A DNA stretch of 64,000 bases, from positions 1,375,530 through 1,439,529 of the forward strand of contig MU004238.1 of the NCBI GenBank assembly GCA_010405405.1, given 5' to 3'. Below are positions 1 to 13,032 of this stretch, piece after piece. Each line of letters begins with the position of its first letter. Position 1 is the first letter of the stretch. The position numbers were made by a program, and so were the translations under genes. The notes below the pieces were generated by a model. It was not told the origin of the DNA. It worked only from the letters and a program-made list of their open reading frames with translations, and made no database searches. Source of the DNA: Microthyrium microscopicum (Eukaryota).

Positions 1-1200
1 ACTTCTTATTAAAAAGAATCTTCTTCTATATATTTCTAAGAAAGTCTCTATAAAACTAAAAGAGGTAACTCTTCTAATTATTATATTTCTATTTCTTCTA
101 TAACTTAAGGAGGTTATTATAAAGCTCCTAAAGGTAGTGTTAATCTAATTTAACTATCTAAGACTTCTTAAAAGTAATATATTCTTACTTTATAGAGTAG
201 CCTAAATAGCCTAGCGTATAGTTTTAGACTACTTACTATATCTTTTAAAATCCTAAGTCTTAGGACTCTTTATAAAAGATAAGATTATTTAATTCTATCT
301 ATAATAGCTCTTTCTTAAGCTAATTACGTTTATAAATATACTAATAGAGTTACTAGTTATAAGTACTTTCTTAATAAAAGGGTTTAATAAACTTTTATTT
401 AACGTTATTAACCTAAGATATATATTCCTAGAGACTCTTCTTCTTATAAAGCTCTATCTTAGGCCTATCTTAATTTAAAAGTTCTAAGAGAGTAAAAGCT
501 TAGCTTAAAAGATACTAATTAAGTCTTATTATATTAACTTAGCTAAAGTTCTCTAACTTTTAGGTAGTTTTAAGTTTACTAAACTAAATTACCCTAGCTT
601 TTACTATTAGCTCTTATATCTTAAGCTCTAGCTTCTTTTTATTAATAAGTACGTTAAGTTCCTTCTTATAATACGTTATAAAGTTATTTTAGGTCTCCTT
701 AGGCCTAGGTAAATTAAGGTTAGCTAGTTTAATATTAGATAGGTCTAATAAATCTCTAAATATATTAGTTTAAGGTATAATAGGTACTAATAACCCTTAG
801 CCTAATAGTTAAGGCTACTTAAGTCTTATCTAGGTACTAAGGTCTAAATATCTACTATTAGATATAGTTTCTAATTAAATAAAAGATAAAAATAATTTCT
901 TTAGGTACTTAAAGGTTAAGAAGTAATTACTATATTAGAAATAAGTTATTCTAAGTAAGTAAAGACTATAATTATTATAGTTTAAGTAGATACGTAAAAA
1001 TAAGAATAAGAGTAATTACTAGGGAGTTACTTAGATCCTTATAATTCCTCTTCTTTATTACCTAAAGCTATAAGGACTCTACTAAGCTATCTATATTTAT
1101 AATAAGTCGTTATTAGTTAACCTAACTAATAACGCTTTATCCTACGTAGACGTGTCCTATTAGTAGCTGTCTTAAACTAGAGGTATCCTAGTTCCTAACA
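1..1200 (-). mobile_element. RIP-degenerate LTR retrotransposon fragment (putative LTR ~973-1200 plus gag-like start) nested in Tc1-like copy 1
   Basis: Very AT/TpA-rich. The minus strand begins TGTTAGGAAC at 1200 (TG start typical of LTRs), exactly where homology to 40537-43418 stops. A minus frame near 600-700 reads as RIP-mutated coiled-coil coding sequence. Confidence 0.55.
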
Positions 1201-2670
1201 TTAATATTACTTAACCTTTTCTAGTTAAAGTAATCTAAAATATTCTTAATGCTACTTAGGATGTTATTTATAAGCGTTAATATAGCCTAAACTACGTCTA
1301 AGAGACGTATTTACTTAGAACTAGTATCTAAAACGCTATAATAAATAGTGCTTAGTATTTTAAGATATTTTTACTTAATTTTAGCACCCTAGTTTCCTAG
1401 ATTAACTTTACGCTATTAACTCTACTAGTACCTAAATTCCTTCTTAAAATTACTATCGTTATAAAGATTTAAAAGTAAGGAATACCTATTATTAAGAATA
1501 AATTTAATTATATTTGCTAGAGTCTAGTTTAAACCTTTAAAAAAACTTAGGAATAGCTTAATTTACGTCTTAAAGAGCAAGGAATAATATATAGTTCTAT
1601 TATCTTAATATAGATATTTTTAAAGCAATAAATAAAGAAGGGGACTAAAGATCTTTAATATAGCTTTAGTATTAATTTAGGCTTAAGCAATAAGGAGCTT
1701 AATAGTATTCTTACTCTAATTTAGCGCTAAATTGCTTACTAGTACTAGTCTAATTTCCATTAGAATACTTAACACATTAGTAATCTTAAATAGGAGATTT
1801 TGTTTAATATTACTAAGCTAGAACGTCCTCCTTTAGCGTTAGTAATAACAGCTAAGATACTTAAATAGGTAGATCTACGTTACGAAGAATACTAACGGCA
1901 TATAAATTCCACCTTAGAATTTATTATATTATTAAGTAAATAGCTATATTAGGATAAACGCTATCTAAATTACCTTAATAGTAGTTACTACTAAGTCAAT
2001 TCTCGTAATAAGTATATCTTTTTAATAGCTATAATATTAAACAAGTAGGCCTAAAAGATAACTTCTAATAAGGCTAGAATTAAAGTACTACTTAAAATTA
2101 TAATATTAAACCTTTTAGAAGCTACGGCTATCTAAAGAGCTTAATATCAAACTACAACTATAATAATAATAATAATATTAAATTCTACTTTATAACTTGT
2201 TTATATTAATATTTACTACGATTAAGAGAGCTTAAACTTACCTAGTAGGACCTCTAGTAGGGTCTAGAGTAGCTAGAGCTAGTATACACGTTTTAGCTCT
2301 TTACTACGTTATAGTGGATTAGCTATAGCTTTAGGTTTAATCCTTAAGTTGCCATTAGTCTAAAAATATAATCTAGAGGAAGAATTTAATATATTTAATA
2401 GCTAGTACAATATTAATTTAGGTTTCTAATAACGTTTAGTATTTTTAGCTATTATTAAGACTCTTTAGGATAAAGGATATTATTTAGGCTATATAATAGG
2501 TAAAGATTACACTTAGTTTAAGTACCTTTTAGAGAGGGCTATAATTTAAAATTTTAATAATATAATTAAACTTTGTAAGGAATTTGTTACTAATTTCTAT
2601 TAGTATTATATATATTAGATTTCTTTTCTTAACGATACTAGTTCTAAGTTAAGCAAGTAAGATTTATAGT
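1201..2670 (+). pseudogene. RIP-inactivated second (cargo) ORF of Tc1-like copy 1
   Basis: Homologous to 40560-41996. The frame read at ~1860-2190 has only TAA/TAG stops and de-RIPs to approximately K-R-C-P-N...Y-C-W-V-D-S-R-G-K-H-I-F-L...W-A...I-E-V-P-P. Confidence 0.65.
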
Positions 2671-2741
2671 AGTAGTAGTTTAATATTAAATTGTTTTATA
2701 GTATATAATAGTTAAAGATTAGAAGTAATAATAAAGCTATT

Positions 2742-3839
2742 TAATAGAAATTCCTATATAACCCTAGGCCCTAATAGGTCTAAATAATATAACTACTATG
2801 TTGAATATGTCCTATAGCTTAATTTCTATCTATTATTCCTTTACTTAAAACCTTTATTCTTATACTTAAAAACTACTTAAATAATATAAATTTTTTATAA
2901 GAATACTACTAGGCGTTATTACCCTTAAGCTAGGCTTTTAAATTACTAAAGAACTCCTTAATAGGGTTAAAATCTAGATAGTAAGGTAGTAAGAATTTTA
3001 ATTATACCTCTATAGTCCTAAATATCTTACGAACCTTTTTGCTATAATAGAAAGACATATTATCTATAACAATAATACTTTAAGGAAGAGGATAAGGCTA
3101 ATAGATATTTAGAAGCTTATTTTTATACTACTAAGCAAAACTATTACTATTACTATTAGCTTCGTAGATATTTACTAATAGAATACTATTTACGCTATAT
3201 ACTAGTAGAATATTATACTATTTAGTAATATTATTAATATTCTTTAATTTTTACTTATCTAACGCTAAGAAGCTCTTAATATTTAGTTCTATACCTACTT
3301 TACTCTATTTCGTTATTCTTAAGACGCTAGTAATACTATACTTTACTTTATTAATAAAGATAAGCTATTTAGTAGTATATTTTAATATCTATAGGTAGTA
3401 TTTATAATAAGCTTTAGCAAAGTGCTAGGTAGTAATAATCTTTAATTACGAGATATAAGAATGCATCCCTTAGTGTTAGTTTATTACTAACCTTCTTTTT
3501 AATATAATTGTATCTATTTAGAACTTATAAAATAATAGGCTGACTTATAACAAGCCTAAATACATTCTAAATAAACCCTAATATCTTGAATTGTATTGAA
3601 TTAGGTTAGTAAAGTAGGTATTTAAATAACGTAACTCGTATATTATAATTTATTATTAGTAAAGGTCTTAGATATAGCTTTATAGGATCAAACGAGCCCT
3701 TAATCTTTAGTATTTAACGCTAGTATTTAATAGTATTCTTACTACATCTAATAGCCTTAGTGATAGCGTTCTTAGTGTAGCTAAGTTTAATTAGGTCCTG
3801 TACCTATTTTTAGTAGCGAGGTTCGAGATGGCGCAGCAT
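2742..3839 (-). pseudogene. RIP-inactivated DD34E (DDE_3, Tc1/IS630) transposase, copy 1
   Basis: ATG at 3839 followed by an HTH-like N-terminus. De-RIPed motifs are LIFI(D)(E) at ~3350, (M)DNxSF(H)(H)S at ~3050 and FL(P)PYx(P)DFNPI(E)EFF at ~2950-3000. The 3' end is approximate. Confidence 0.85.
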
Positions 3840-4289
3840 GTTAAAGATTGGTTCGTTATAGTGTTAAAATACTAAAAATTAAGAAATTTAATAAAAATTT
3901 GGCTTTAGGACTAATAATATTGCAATTTAGGAAGATAATGGAGTTAGTAAGATTAATCTAAGGGGCTACGCTGCTAAATTTATATACTAACGCACTTTTT
4001 AGATCTTCGTGCCCTCTAATCAGGTCCTGAAGCGCCATTTTACAGTTTCAGGGGGGGGACTAGAGAACCTAAATGGCACTGTAGCGGCATTTCCGTTCGT
4101 TTGTGCAGAGTCGGGGTCTTGCAGAGCCATGGTGCCGTGGTGCTGGTTCTGGAAGCCGAATCAACGTTCAGCAAGACTGTCGTTTGGAGACTTGACAAAT
4201 AAGGTTAGCTGTGCGGCATCTGCTTCACAGACTGAAGACATGATCCCTAGCCTGTACAGTTATTGCTCCACGCCTATAATCGACTACTA

Positions 4290-4754
4290 CCTGTGTTGAT
4301 TCAAAAGTCTGTTCGGTCCGAGCATTTATCACCAAAATTAGCAATCTTTGCCTTGTCGTTCTATAATCTATAGTGCTTTTAAAAATCTAAGCTACTCTTT
4401 AATAATTACTATAAAGATTCTCTATCCTATGAATATAGATATATAATATAAGAGCTACTAGAGGCTATAGAATTTGGATTATAAATAAGAGACTTATGGT
4501 TAAGCACTTAATTTAGCGGGCGCCCCTACTAAATCGTTCTAGAATAATGCCTTCTTAGCTTTACGCCTTAATAACTCTCTATAGAGATAGTTTTAAGCAA
4601 TTCTAAAAAGAGCATTATAAGGGGTAGTATATAAACTCACTTTGTATCTACTTTAAAAGATATTCGTTTAAAATTGAATGCGTAGGAAATTATTTTGAAC
4701 CATCAGTTTTGGTGATAAACGCTCGGACCGAACAGACTTTTGAATCAACACAGG
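4290..4754. mobile_element. MITE / non-autonomous TIR element (465 bp)
   Basis: Near-perfect ~50-bp TIR CCTGTGTTGATTCAAAAGTCTGTTCGGTCCGAGC(A/G)TTTATCACCAAAA. TA on both flanks (4288-89, 4755-56) and a RIP-like AT-rich interior. Confidence 0.9.
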
Positions 4755-7367
4755 TACTGCAGCGTGTAAATGTTGTCCTGGCCGTGTATTACTCGCCAGA
4801 CATGACCCTATCATATCAGTCTTTGGCTTACTTCAAGGATCCACGACTTGCTCACAGGTGCATGTCCGACGTCTTGATCCTCATGTACCACTGAATCCGA
4901 GCCCCCGCGCTATCTGGTTCCGGGCACCAACCTTTTCGTAACGTCAGCCGGCTTTGGACGACCATCAGTTGCCTGGACCTGACAACCCTGACTACCAAGG
5001 CATGAGGTGGAGTGGGTGACTCCTCAGTTTTAACCTCCTTGTTAAAACTTAAAGGCATGTCTTGGACAAGTTAGTGTCAGCCCAGCCATCCAGATGATCA
5101 TATATACCGAGGCGCTATCTATATCTCTATGTATCTCTCACGGCTCACCCGGAGGGCCGTCATCTGCCGGGGGCTCCCGCTCCAAGCCATTTCATGATTT
5201 GATGCCACTCTTTTTTACGATGCATTTCCACATGTCCATCAATGGAGCCTTGGTGGTGTTCGTACACACCCATCATGGCCGCCCCTGTTTCGTCAAAGTG
5301 CGCATTCCAAGCGACGATAATAGGCGGGCGTTATGCTTTGCCTTGCAGTTGTCTCCACTCTGGCCAGTCGCTTTGTGTTGAGCCTGCGTGACGGTATCGG
5401 TAGCGAGCGAGGCAACCTCGCCGTGTCTAGCGACGTCCTTGTTGCATCATGGAGCCTATAACCCACATTGTGCGAAAAGGGATATCTTAAGTGGTTCGCT
5501 CCTAGTTTCTACCTACCTGTTACCACTAAGGTAGATGACAGGGGTACAAGCTTCCTGCATCCAGCCTTTCCATAGCTTTGCTAGGTTCCGCGACGTTTCC
5601 ATCTGCGTGGCGGCGCTGCCAGGATGATGCCCAGTACTGCAGTCGATCAGCCTCTTACTGCCTCTTGTAGAACAAAGGCTCAAAGCATTCTTTCCGTCAG
5701 GGTGGCAAGCCCGGTCGACCTTGATACATTGAGCCACCCTACATAGACATCTTCAACGATCCTCCCTGACCTCCCGTCATCAAGATCGGAAGAACAATAA
5801 CAACAATCATAATCATCAAATAGTAACCTAAATTATACGAGAGTAAACCTTAGGCGTTGACCACTAGGAAACGCTTCTCTGCTGGGCTTGTGAACCGAAC
5901 CACGATCCATGGGAGTGTTGGATGTTTAGAAACATGGCGGCCAGGCTTCTCTTGCTGAGACTTGCCGCAATAGTAGCATACAGCATCACGGCCCTGGACG
6001 TTTCTCGCGGCCGGCATAAGAAAGCCTGCAGTCTTGCAAAGTGCTGGTGACCACTGACCAAGCATCCACGCCAAAATTACTGTGCAACTAATGAAGCCAG
6101 GCAAGGCTCGCAACCGGTGGATAACCCCATCAGCTACGATGTCTCCCAAAGCACTTGATCAAAAGCGAAGCATGGTACAGGTAGATGTCCTAGTGGATGG
6201 GATAATGGGATTGGAGTGTGCCATTGGCTTTATCAATCAATTAGAACTTGAACGAGATATCATAAAAAGTATATTTGTGAGGTTTATTGCTTGCTCGACG
6301 GAACAGCGTGCTGTTACAGGCCTTCTTGAAGATTTGAAGCAAGCGCTAAGAGGTTTTGAGTGCTTTACCTACCATGGTACCTCCCTAGGTGCCCATGCAA
6401 TGCAGCTTGATGCTTGGCATACTCTTTTTTTGCGAAGCAAGTCACCAGCTGGCAGCCGTAAAGTTAGACTACACACACATTTTTCCCGTGCTTGTCCTAG
6501 ACTCCCCCAGCGCCTTCCATGTCCATTGTCCATTTTGATCTCGCCCATCGCATCCTTTCGCACGACCTGAGAATTCAAAGACCAAGGATTGGCAGGCTCA
6601 AGGCTCAAGCTGCGGCAGCGCGACGTTCCCCATGATGGTCCAAACTATCCCGTTCCTCTTAGGCTATTATTACTGTATCCCTCAATATCCATCACATTCA
6701 CCCCAACTTGCGCCTCATACATGCCCTGCCACGCGCATACGCCCATGCTACTCGCCTCCACTGTTCTAGGACAGACCTGATGCTCCTTGTGAGTCCCTGA
6801 TGATGCTCCCACACGCCTATCGTCCGTTTCCCTGCCTTGCACGCCTCTCCCTGGCTCGTCCTTTGACCATTCTGTTGCCCTTTTCATTGGCTCCATCCAA
6901 CCGGTCTTGAGCGACTCGCCAGTTTCTGGATGAGCGCAAATCGCTGGAACATGCTGTTCCCCCAACTTCCCGAAAGTGCCACATATAATTGTTTTTACCC
7001 AATTACGGAGGTTGCTCTAACCGTTTGACCACCGACCACGCATGTAGGAGCCCTCCACATCCTGCTGGCCCTGCCGTTCAATCTCCAGTCAGTTTAGGAT
7101 GAACTTTCTTACCGGCCCTTGCTGGCGTCTAGTAGTACCCCCAGAGAAGGTGTCTTGGTGGACATGAGCATCACATCCATAAGGCGTTTCATTAGTCTTT
7201 AGTAGGTAACCATCCGGATTGTCTTCAGCCGCAGTGTTAAGTCTGATATATATCTCACTCATCCATCCCCTTGCTACAATTATGTTTAAGTACCGCCATG
7301 GCCGCCCGCCCCTTCTCCATCTAGAGCCGTGATATCATCAAACACCCAACCGTACCTTCCGCCCACA

Positions 7368-8312
7368 ATGGATTATGATCATATTCTGAACGAAGTTGCC
7401 TATAGAATGGCTGCCTCACAACTCAACAGAAGTGCTCGACACTCCTACACTTCAACACCTAATAGATGGTCTGGTAGAGTCGAAAAGTCTAGATCTCAAC
7501 ATACAAGCCCAGCGATTCACGAAAGGAGAAGAGCATACTCCACAACGAGGTCTCCATATCAATACCAGGCATACCAGGCATACAACCTACCTCAACAAAT
7601 GACCCAACCACGTCAATCAGTGAGGCCGTTCAGTTGGCACTCAACATCAACCTCATATATGATGCCAATGTCAACAATGCCTCAACTAACTCCACCTGCC
7701 ATGTCAACATATCATCCTTCACCATATGCCAACTCAACACACATGGCATATGATGCTCCCCGAAGCTTCTATCAAGATCTACCTGAACTTGAAAAGCCCA
7801 GTGGTCCTGCTTCAATGACATCGGAAACTCCATCCTCATACTCGTCTTTCCCAGACAGCTCACCTAACTGGCAATTCTACTATGACGAAAAAACGCCAGT
7901 CATGTCCACCCAGACGTACACCACATCTCCATTCGAACAACCCAACTGGTACGACACCCGCTGCCAGCAACAATCACCCATGGAGCCTTTGATTCCAATG
8001 ACATCTCTCCCACCTATCGTCCCACAGCCCAGCCTGGAGATGATGATGCAGGAAGAGCAATTCCAGCCTCAACCTACCTTCCGAGAACCCATGGTGCAAG
8101 AAGAAGAGCAGGGAGAGGTGCTCATCGCTCTCGGTCTCTACGATGCGCCAAGTCTCTCCGATATCAGCGCCAAACCATCCACCCTTCTTAAACTGACTGA
8201 GACGTGGCAGCCACCACCGGAAGACGAGGACGAAGATGAAGAGGAGTGCAGCCAGGAAGAGGAGAACCCAATTTCAGCACCTAGCGCCGGACAAAGCTGG
8301 TTCCACACATAA
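7368..8312 (+). CDS. Uncharacterised Ser/Pro/Gln-rich fungal protein
   Basis: Intronless ORF from the ATG at 7368. C-terminal EVLIALGLYD...LKLTETWQPP followed by an acidic tail. Confidence 0.75.
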   Translation: MDYDHILNEVAYRMAASQLNRSARHSYTSTPNRWSGRVEKSRSQHTSPAIHERRRAYSTTRSPYQYQAYQAYNLPQQMTQPRQSVRPFSWHSTSTSYMMPMSTMPQLTPPAMSTYHPSPYANSTHMAYDAPRSFYQDLPELEKPSGPASMTSETPSSYSSFPDSSPNWQFYYDEKTPVMSTQTYTTSPFEQPNWYDTRCQQQSPMEPLIPMTSLPPIVPQPSLEMMMQEEQFQPQPTFREPMVQEEEQGEVLIALGLYDAPSLSDISAKPSTLLKLTETWQPPPEDEDEDEEECSQEEENPISAPSAGQSWFHT

Positions 8313-9082
8313 ATCTATGTGTCTTCTGGAAAGCGGGACAGGAATCGAGAACGGACTAAGCTTACCACCAAACATCAAACAGCTGGCGAGTCTGCCGTGG
8401 CGTGCAGTATTTTGGTGGTCATACAGCCACTATATGTATATTCTTTTGCGTTTGTTACAATTAGCATGATACCCCCAACAACCTGCGATGGTACAGGAAT
8501 AGACACTATTAGTATAGTAGTCTTCAAATGAAGTATATTCATTCAAAATAATGAGTTATGTTGACTATTGCCTGTGTCTCCACGTGTTTGCTATTTGACT
8601 AGCGTGTAAAAGTCACAGACTGTGACCGGCTGATAGAAGCTGATCCTAGCTAGCACATGCCTCAATAATACGTGGAGTGGTTTAGGTTAGCTAAGTGCAC
8701 AACTTTTGCAAGTTTGTAGATTGCTGGCTCAGCAGCTGCAAGCGCAAGGGGTTGGGAGTTGCACAGCATTCAGCGGGTGTGCCGGGTACGGTAGCGATAG
8801 TAGTAAGCTGAGCAAGATGATAGTCAGGCGAGAAGCTGGAGAGCTATTGTTGTACGCGGAGGGAAGCTTGTGAGCTGAGCCTTGGAGGATGTTGGGTTGG
8901 GAAGAAAGTACCAGGTAGGCTTGGCGATGAAATTCAGACATTGTCAAGTCCGATCTCACTTCGGATCCGGAAAATCCTCCAACCGCCATCCTCGCTGACT
9001 AACCACTCTTCTTCTCAGCCTTGCGAATCAGCTCTCTCTCCTGCAAAGAAAAAAGTCAACAAACACCAGACCCATCACCACA

Positions 9083-10315
9083 ATGCCAACTCCCCACATC
9101 CACCCCTGGCGCACAAAACACGACCTCCTCACCGTCCGCTCCCTCCTCTACCCCGCCTCTCCTTCCCCCTCTTCGCAGCTCCAAGGTCTCGCCATCGTCG
9201 ATGCCTGGACTACGCGCGATGCGTCTACTATTCCGCACCCGATCGCTGCCACCGCCATGTTGCTTGACGCCCTGCTCCTCCACTCATCATCCACAACCAC
9301 AAGCCCATTTGCGCGCCGTGGAGCCCTTGGCCTTGCAATTGCGCGATTTGTCACAGGCTTCTGCGATACTCCGCCTTCGACACTAGCTGTTGCGCGACGT
9401 AGTATGTATGCGGTGGCGGAGGAGCTGCGCTTGCCGAGCGAGTGGGTGCGCATGCGGCATGAGATTACACACGGTGCGATGCCTGGCGTGGATGAGATGG
9501 TGGATGCGGCGCGGGCGGCGGTGGGGTGGTTGTGGGAACGGTATTGGAAGGGGCTTGATGCGGGCAGGGCAGTGGTTAAGGCGGAGGAGGTCAGGGAGCA
9601 GTTGAAGGCTGTGGTGAGAGAGCGGAAGATGGAGATCAAGGGGCAAGAAAATGGAGTAAGAGAGATCTTGGATGGACTGGTGGTGAGAGTAGATGGGGAT
9701 TGGACGGCGGTAGCCAAGGTGCTCGTAGAGAAGCGCTTTATGCTGGCTGGGCTGCGGTATGTGCTATCATGGAGTGGATCAGGCGGGTGGCTAATGTGTG
9801 ATAGGCAGGAACAAGGCATGAAGGTGTCGTTTTTGGTGTGGGATGTGCCGTTGAGATATCTGGTTGATGCTGATCTGGGCTTCCTTGTTAGTCTTTATGA
9901 AGCTTTTCGGAATGCGCTTTTGTGCGTGGCAGAAGAGGAGAAAGAGGCTATCATACAGTGGATTGCGCATCTGATATCTGATCAGAAGTGGAAACAGGCT
10001 CTGTTAGAGCAGTCTTCAGTGGAAGATGTGTACACTGAGACAATGGAGTTTTGCTTGCTCAACCCGGGCATAAAAATCAGAGAACTGGGATCTTTACTCT
10101 TAAAGTACGGCAGTAGAGATTTCAAAGAGGACTGGATTGAAATTTTCACAGCCTCTGAATTAAACGAGGACGATCGAGTGGCGGATGGTGTCGTAGAACT
10201 ACAAGAGAGAGAAGCCATGGATCTTGACAGTGATGCGCAGATAGCTCACCAACCCGATGAAGGAGGCTGGAACATGTTACAAGGCGTTTGGACACCACGG
10301 CCGATAGGCATATGA
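9083..10315 (+). CDS. LAS1: Las1 pre-rRNA ITS2 endonuclease (HEPN)
   Basis: PW at the N-terminus, RFVTGFCD, SMYAVAEELRLP and HEPN RHEITH motifs, and a WTPRPIG C-terminus. In-frame intron 9757-9804. Confidence 0.9.
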   Translation: MPTPHIHPWRTKHDLLTVRSLLYPASPSPSSQLQGLAIVDAWTTRDASTIPHPIAATAMLLDALLLHSSSTTTSPFARRGALGLAIARFVTGFCDTPPSTLAVARRSMYAVAEELRLPSEWVRMRHEITHGAMPGVDEMVDAARAAVGWLWERYWKGLDAGRAVVKAEEVREQLKAVVRERKMEIKGQENGVREILDGLVVRVDGDWTAVAKVLVEKRFMLAGLRYVLSWSGSGGWLMCDRQEQGMKVSFLVWDVPLRYLVDADLGFLVSLYEAFRNALLCVAEEEKEAIIQWIAHLISDQKWKQALLEQSSVEDVYTETMEFCLLNPGIKIRELGSLLLKYGSRDFKEDWIEIFTASELNEDDRVADGVVELQEREAMDLDSDAQIAHQPDEGGWNMLQGVWTPRPIGI

Positions 10316-10466
10316 TACCCCAATTGCGCTTTGCATTTGATATATAAAGCACGACGAATTAATGTGCGTAATATTAACATTGAGCTCCTCACATCGTCTT
10401 CGCGTTATTCGATCCCCAAACGCCGGTAATGCAATGCTGCTAAGATATAGTATCGACGAGGACCAT

Positions 10467-12607
10467 TCAAATTTTGACAATGTCCACTCTGCATCTCCCG
10501 TAAACGCGATGGCCAATTTCCACACCTGCGTCTCGTTCTTCGTCGGAGACCTCGAGGGGATTGACAACCATACGTGCATAGGTTCCTGGACCCCGTTTCT
10601 TGGATAGGAATCCTGGGTTGATACAAAGAACACTGTCAATGACCTAAATCTTGTTAGTACTCGAACGAAAATGAAGACGACAATGTATCTCATACCTTGG
10701 CAAAAGAGGGGAGGAGAGATGGTGTAATCAACACATCCGGTTTGGCACCTACAAACTCTCCTAGTCCTAAGTAGGCAACATCTAGACTTGGACCCAGTGG
10801 CATAAATGGAATCTCATCTGGCGCTGACTCCATGCGCTTGGGCTCGACAGGTGGGAAGACTGGAAAGAAATGCCGTTGTTCAACAAGCTGTCGACAGCCA
10901 CGCTCCAAAGGGTGCATCTGGCGCGCCGCACCGCCAGCTATCTCCGACATTCGTATCTGCTCCAAAATATCCTGCGAGGATATGCCAAAAAGCACTTCGT
11001 TGAGACTGACCATCATGGGGTTTGTCACGACTTGCACTTGCTTAGGCAGACCGAGCTCTTTACGCGGTTGCGGAAGTCGATCTTGGGGCCAGGCAGCGTG
11101 CTTCATCACGGCATCGCGGACTGATGGGCAAAGCATAACGCAGATGTTTGGCATAGCTTTAGCCAGTTTGTTAAGGGGCGCGGAGATATGTGCTCGGAAC
11201 AGGTCTGTAATTGTCGCTGAATCGGGATCCTTGGGGTATCCAGGTGGAAGATCAAAGTCTCCATTGCGCACTAGAGGATGTTCGACGTCAATGAATGGCC
11301 CAGTCAAGACTATGGCATCGGCTTGAATCTCCTCGGCTGCGCTAAGGAGGGCCACAAATGGAGAAAAGTCCAATTCCGATTCTGTCGTATACGGGCCAGA
11401 CGCAACGAAAGTCACAACGGAACGCGTAGAACCGTCTTCGCCAGTTATCCTGTCATTGACAAGATCAATATCAGAAATCTTTGAAGTAAGCATAGGCTGT
11501 TGAGGAGCATCAAGAACCTCCGTGACAGAGAAGTAGGTTCCTGACGCGTTGGTTCCGCGAAGAGCAACAATCTTTCCAGGGAAGAATTGGTAGCTCGGAA
11601 GCTTGTCAAGTTTGAGATGCACCCGTTTTCCTTGGCCCATTCTTCTTGATGTCTCGAGGACTAGCGAAGAAGCGTTGAGTTTCCCTTCGCTGCTATCACA
11701 GGCTATTCGGCCAACCGCTACAATCTCATCCTGACTCTGAAAAATTGGGTTGCCAATGTCCACATCGTCGAGATTATGATGGGCTTGTATTAGCTTCACA
11801 AAGTCCTCTATCCGATCGTCGAGAGTCTCAGATGCTTCGGATAGTTTCATAGCCATGGTCTTATAGGCGAATCGCGGTATATCTGTGTTGGACTTGGGTT
11901 TTACGCGTGGCTCGACGGGGAGGGCTTCGGATGGAGAGGGTATGTCGATATGGCTGTTGAGTGATTCTTGTATGATGCCGGGGTCTTTACGATCTGCGAA
12001 AGTTGCCCTGCCATTGTTAACAGTAAGTTCGAACATGAGTTTTAGACAGCCTACGGTGTACTATAATCCATTGGACTTCTGTTGTCGGTAGGCGAACTCA
12101 TTGCATGGTTTTTGGTTGCCTTTGCTCCGGGAGTCGCAAAGGCACCTTTACGTTTAATAGTACTGCCATTCGTGCTGTTGGCTCCAGATCTCGGGGTATT
12201 TGGAACGAGCCCATCAAGCCTATAGCTTATTAGTTCATATCGCATGAAGAGTATCCGTAAACATACATTCCAAGTACATCCCCTTTGCCCGTTGCATTTC
12301 GCGGGGTAGCGTTAAAGGTACGACGGTCATTGGGTTTATTGATAGTCTTTTTGCGGTTTTCCTGCTCCAGATTTTCTTGTAGATCTTTTCTGAAATCTCT
12401 CATAGTCTTGATGTTCATTTGTAGTTCGTCCGGTCCCATCTTCATGCAATAGGACTCCCATTTGAAAGATAGATCCTCCGTGGAAAGCGAGTGGATGCGG
12501 AGGATGGATTTCAGCTCATCGCGAATAACGTCGCCAATGTCGGTCGAGGGAAGGGAAAACTTTTCTGTCAGTTCTTGTGTCGTGGAATCCATTGTGTCAG
12601 TCATCAT
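10467..12607 (-). CDS. POL12: DNA polymerase alpha/primase B subunit
   Basis: Multi-exon. Motifs FKWESY, VGRIACDS, ASGPYT, LTGPFID and PDVLITPS; last exon VIDSVLCINPG...RVDIVKI*. Confidence 0.92.
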
Positions 12608-12680
12608 GGAGATACCGAAATAAGAGCAAAATGTTGTCGTCAAGATAGTTGTGGGTAGTAAGTTGTAAATGATTAACGGA

Positions 12681-12715
12681 ACGCGGTTGATACTCTGGAA
12701 GACGCGTCTCGCGTG
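12681..12715. promoter_or_regulatory. MCB-like (MluI cell-cycle box) cluster upstream of POL12
   Basis: ACGCGT at 12702-12707 plus ACGCGG and CGCGTG, ~100 bp upstream of a DNA replication gene. Confidence 0.55.
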
Positions 12716-13032
12716 TCGAGGCAGGGGATCCTTGTCATCTCCAACTACCCTGCCATTCGGATATCGGTTAGAATGCTGGCCGGATACCGCTTTTTCAGCC
12801 CATCCAAAATCAGTTCATGTTTAATTTGTATTTTTGAGTGGGTATAAAGAATTTCAAGAAGCCAATTGACTCTGAAATTCCAGAAGTAGAACCAGACAGG
12901 TAGTTGCCTTAATCAAACTTCCAGTTTGCGACCATATCTTGAGTACATAGTATTTACCCTTTTCAAACCCTGGCGACCCTTTCTAACCATTGTGGGGTAG
13001 AGATCTGATATATCCCCAAACAAAAGTCAGCC

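Larger units (their letters stand above)
1201..4081. mobile_element. Tc1/IS630-like TIR transposon, copy 1 (left part cut off by nested element; RIP-mutated)
   Basis: Colinear with 40537-43418. Ends in ...GGCACTG followed by TA (4082-83), like the right TIR of copy 2. Confidence 0.9.

Noticed and set aside
4915..4930. GGTTCCGGGCACCA resembling a tRNA 3' end or retroelement primer-binding site
   Set aside because: No cloverleaf upstream and no adjacent LTR end; probably chance.
5094..7002. Several short ORFs, including 6082-6570
   Set aside because: No recognisable motifs, non-ATG starts, and no coherent spliced model could be built.
8920..8940. PAC-like GCGATGA upstream of LAS1
   Set aside because: Imperfect single match; insufficient evidence.
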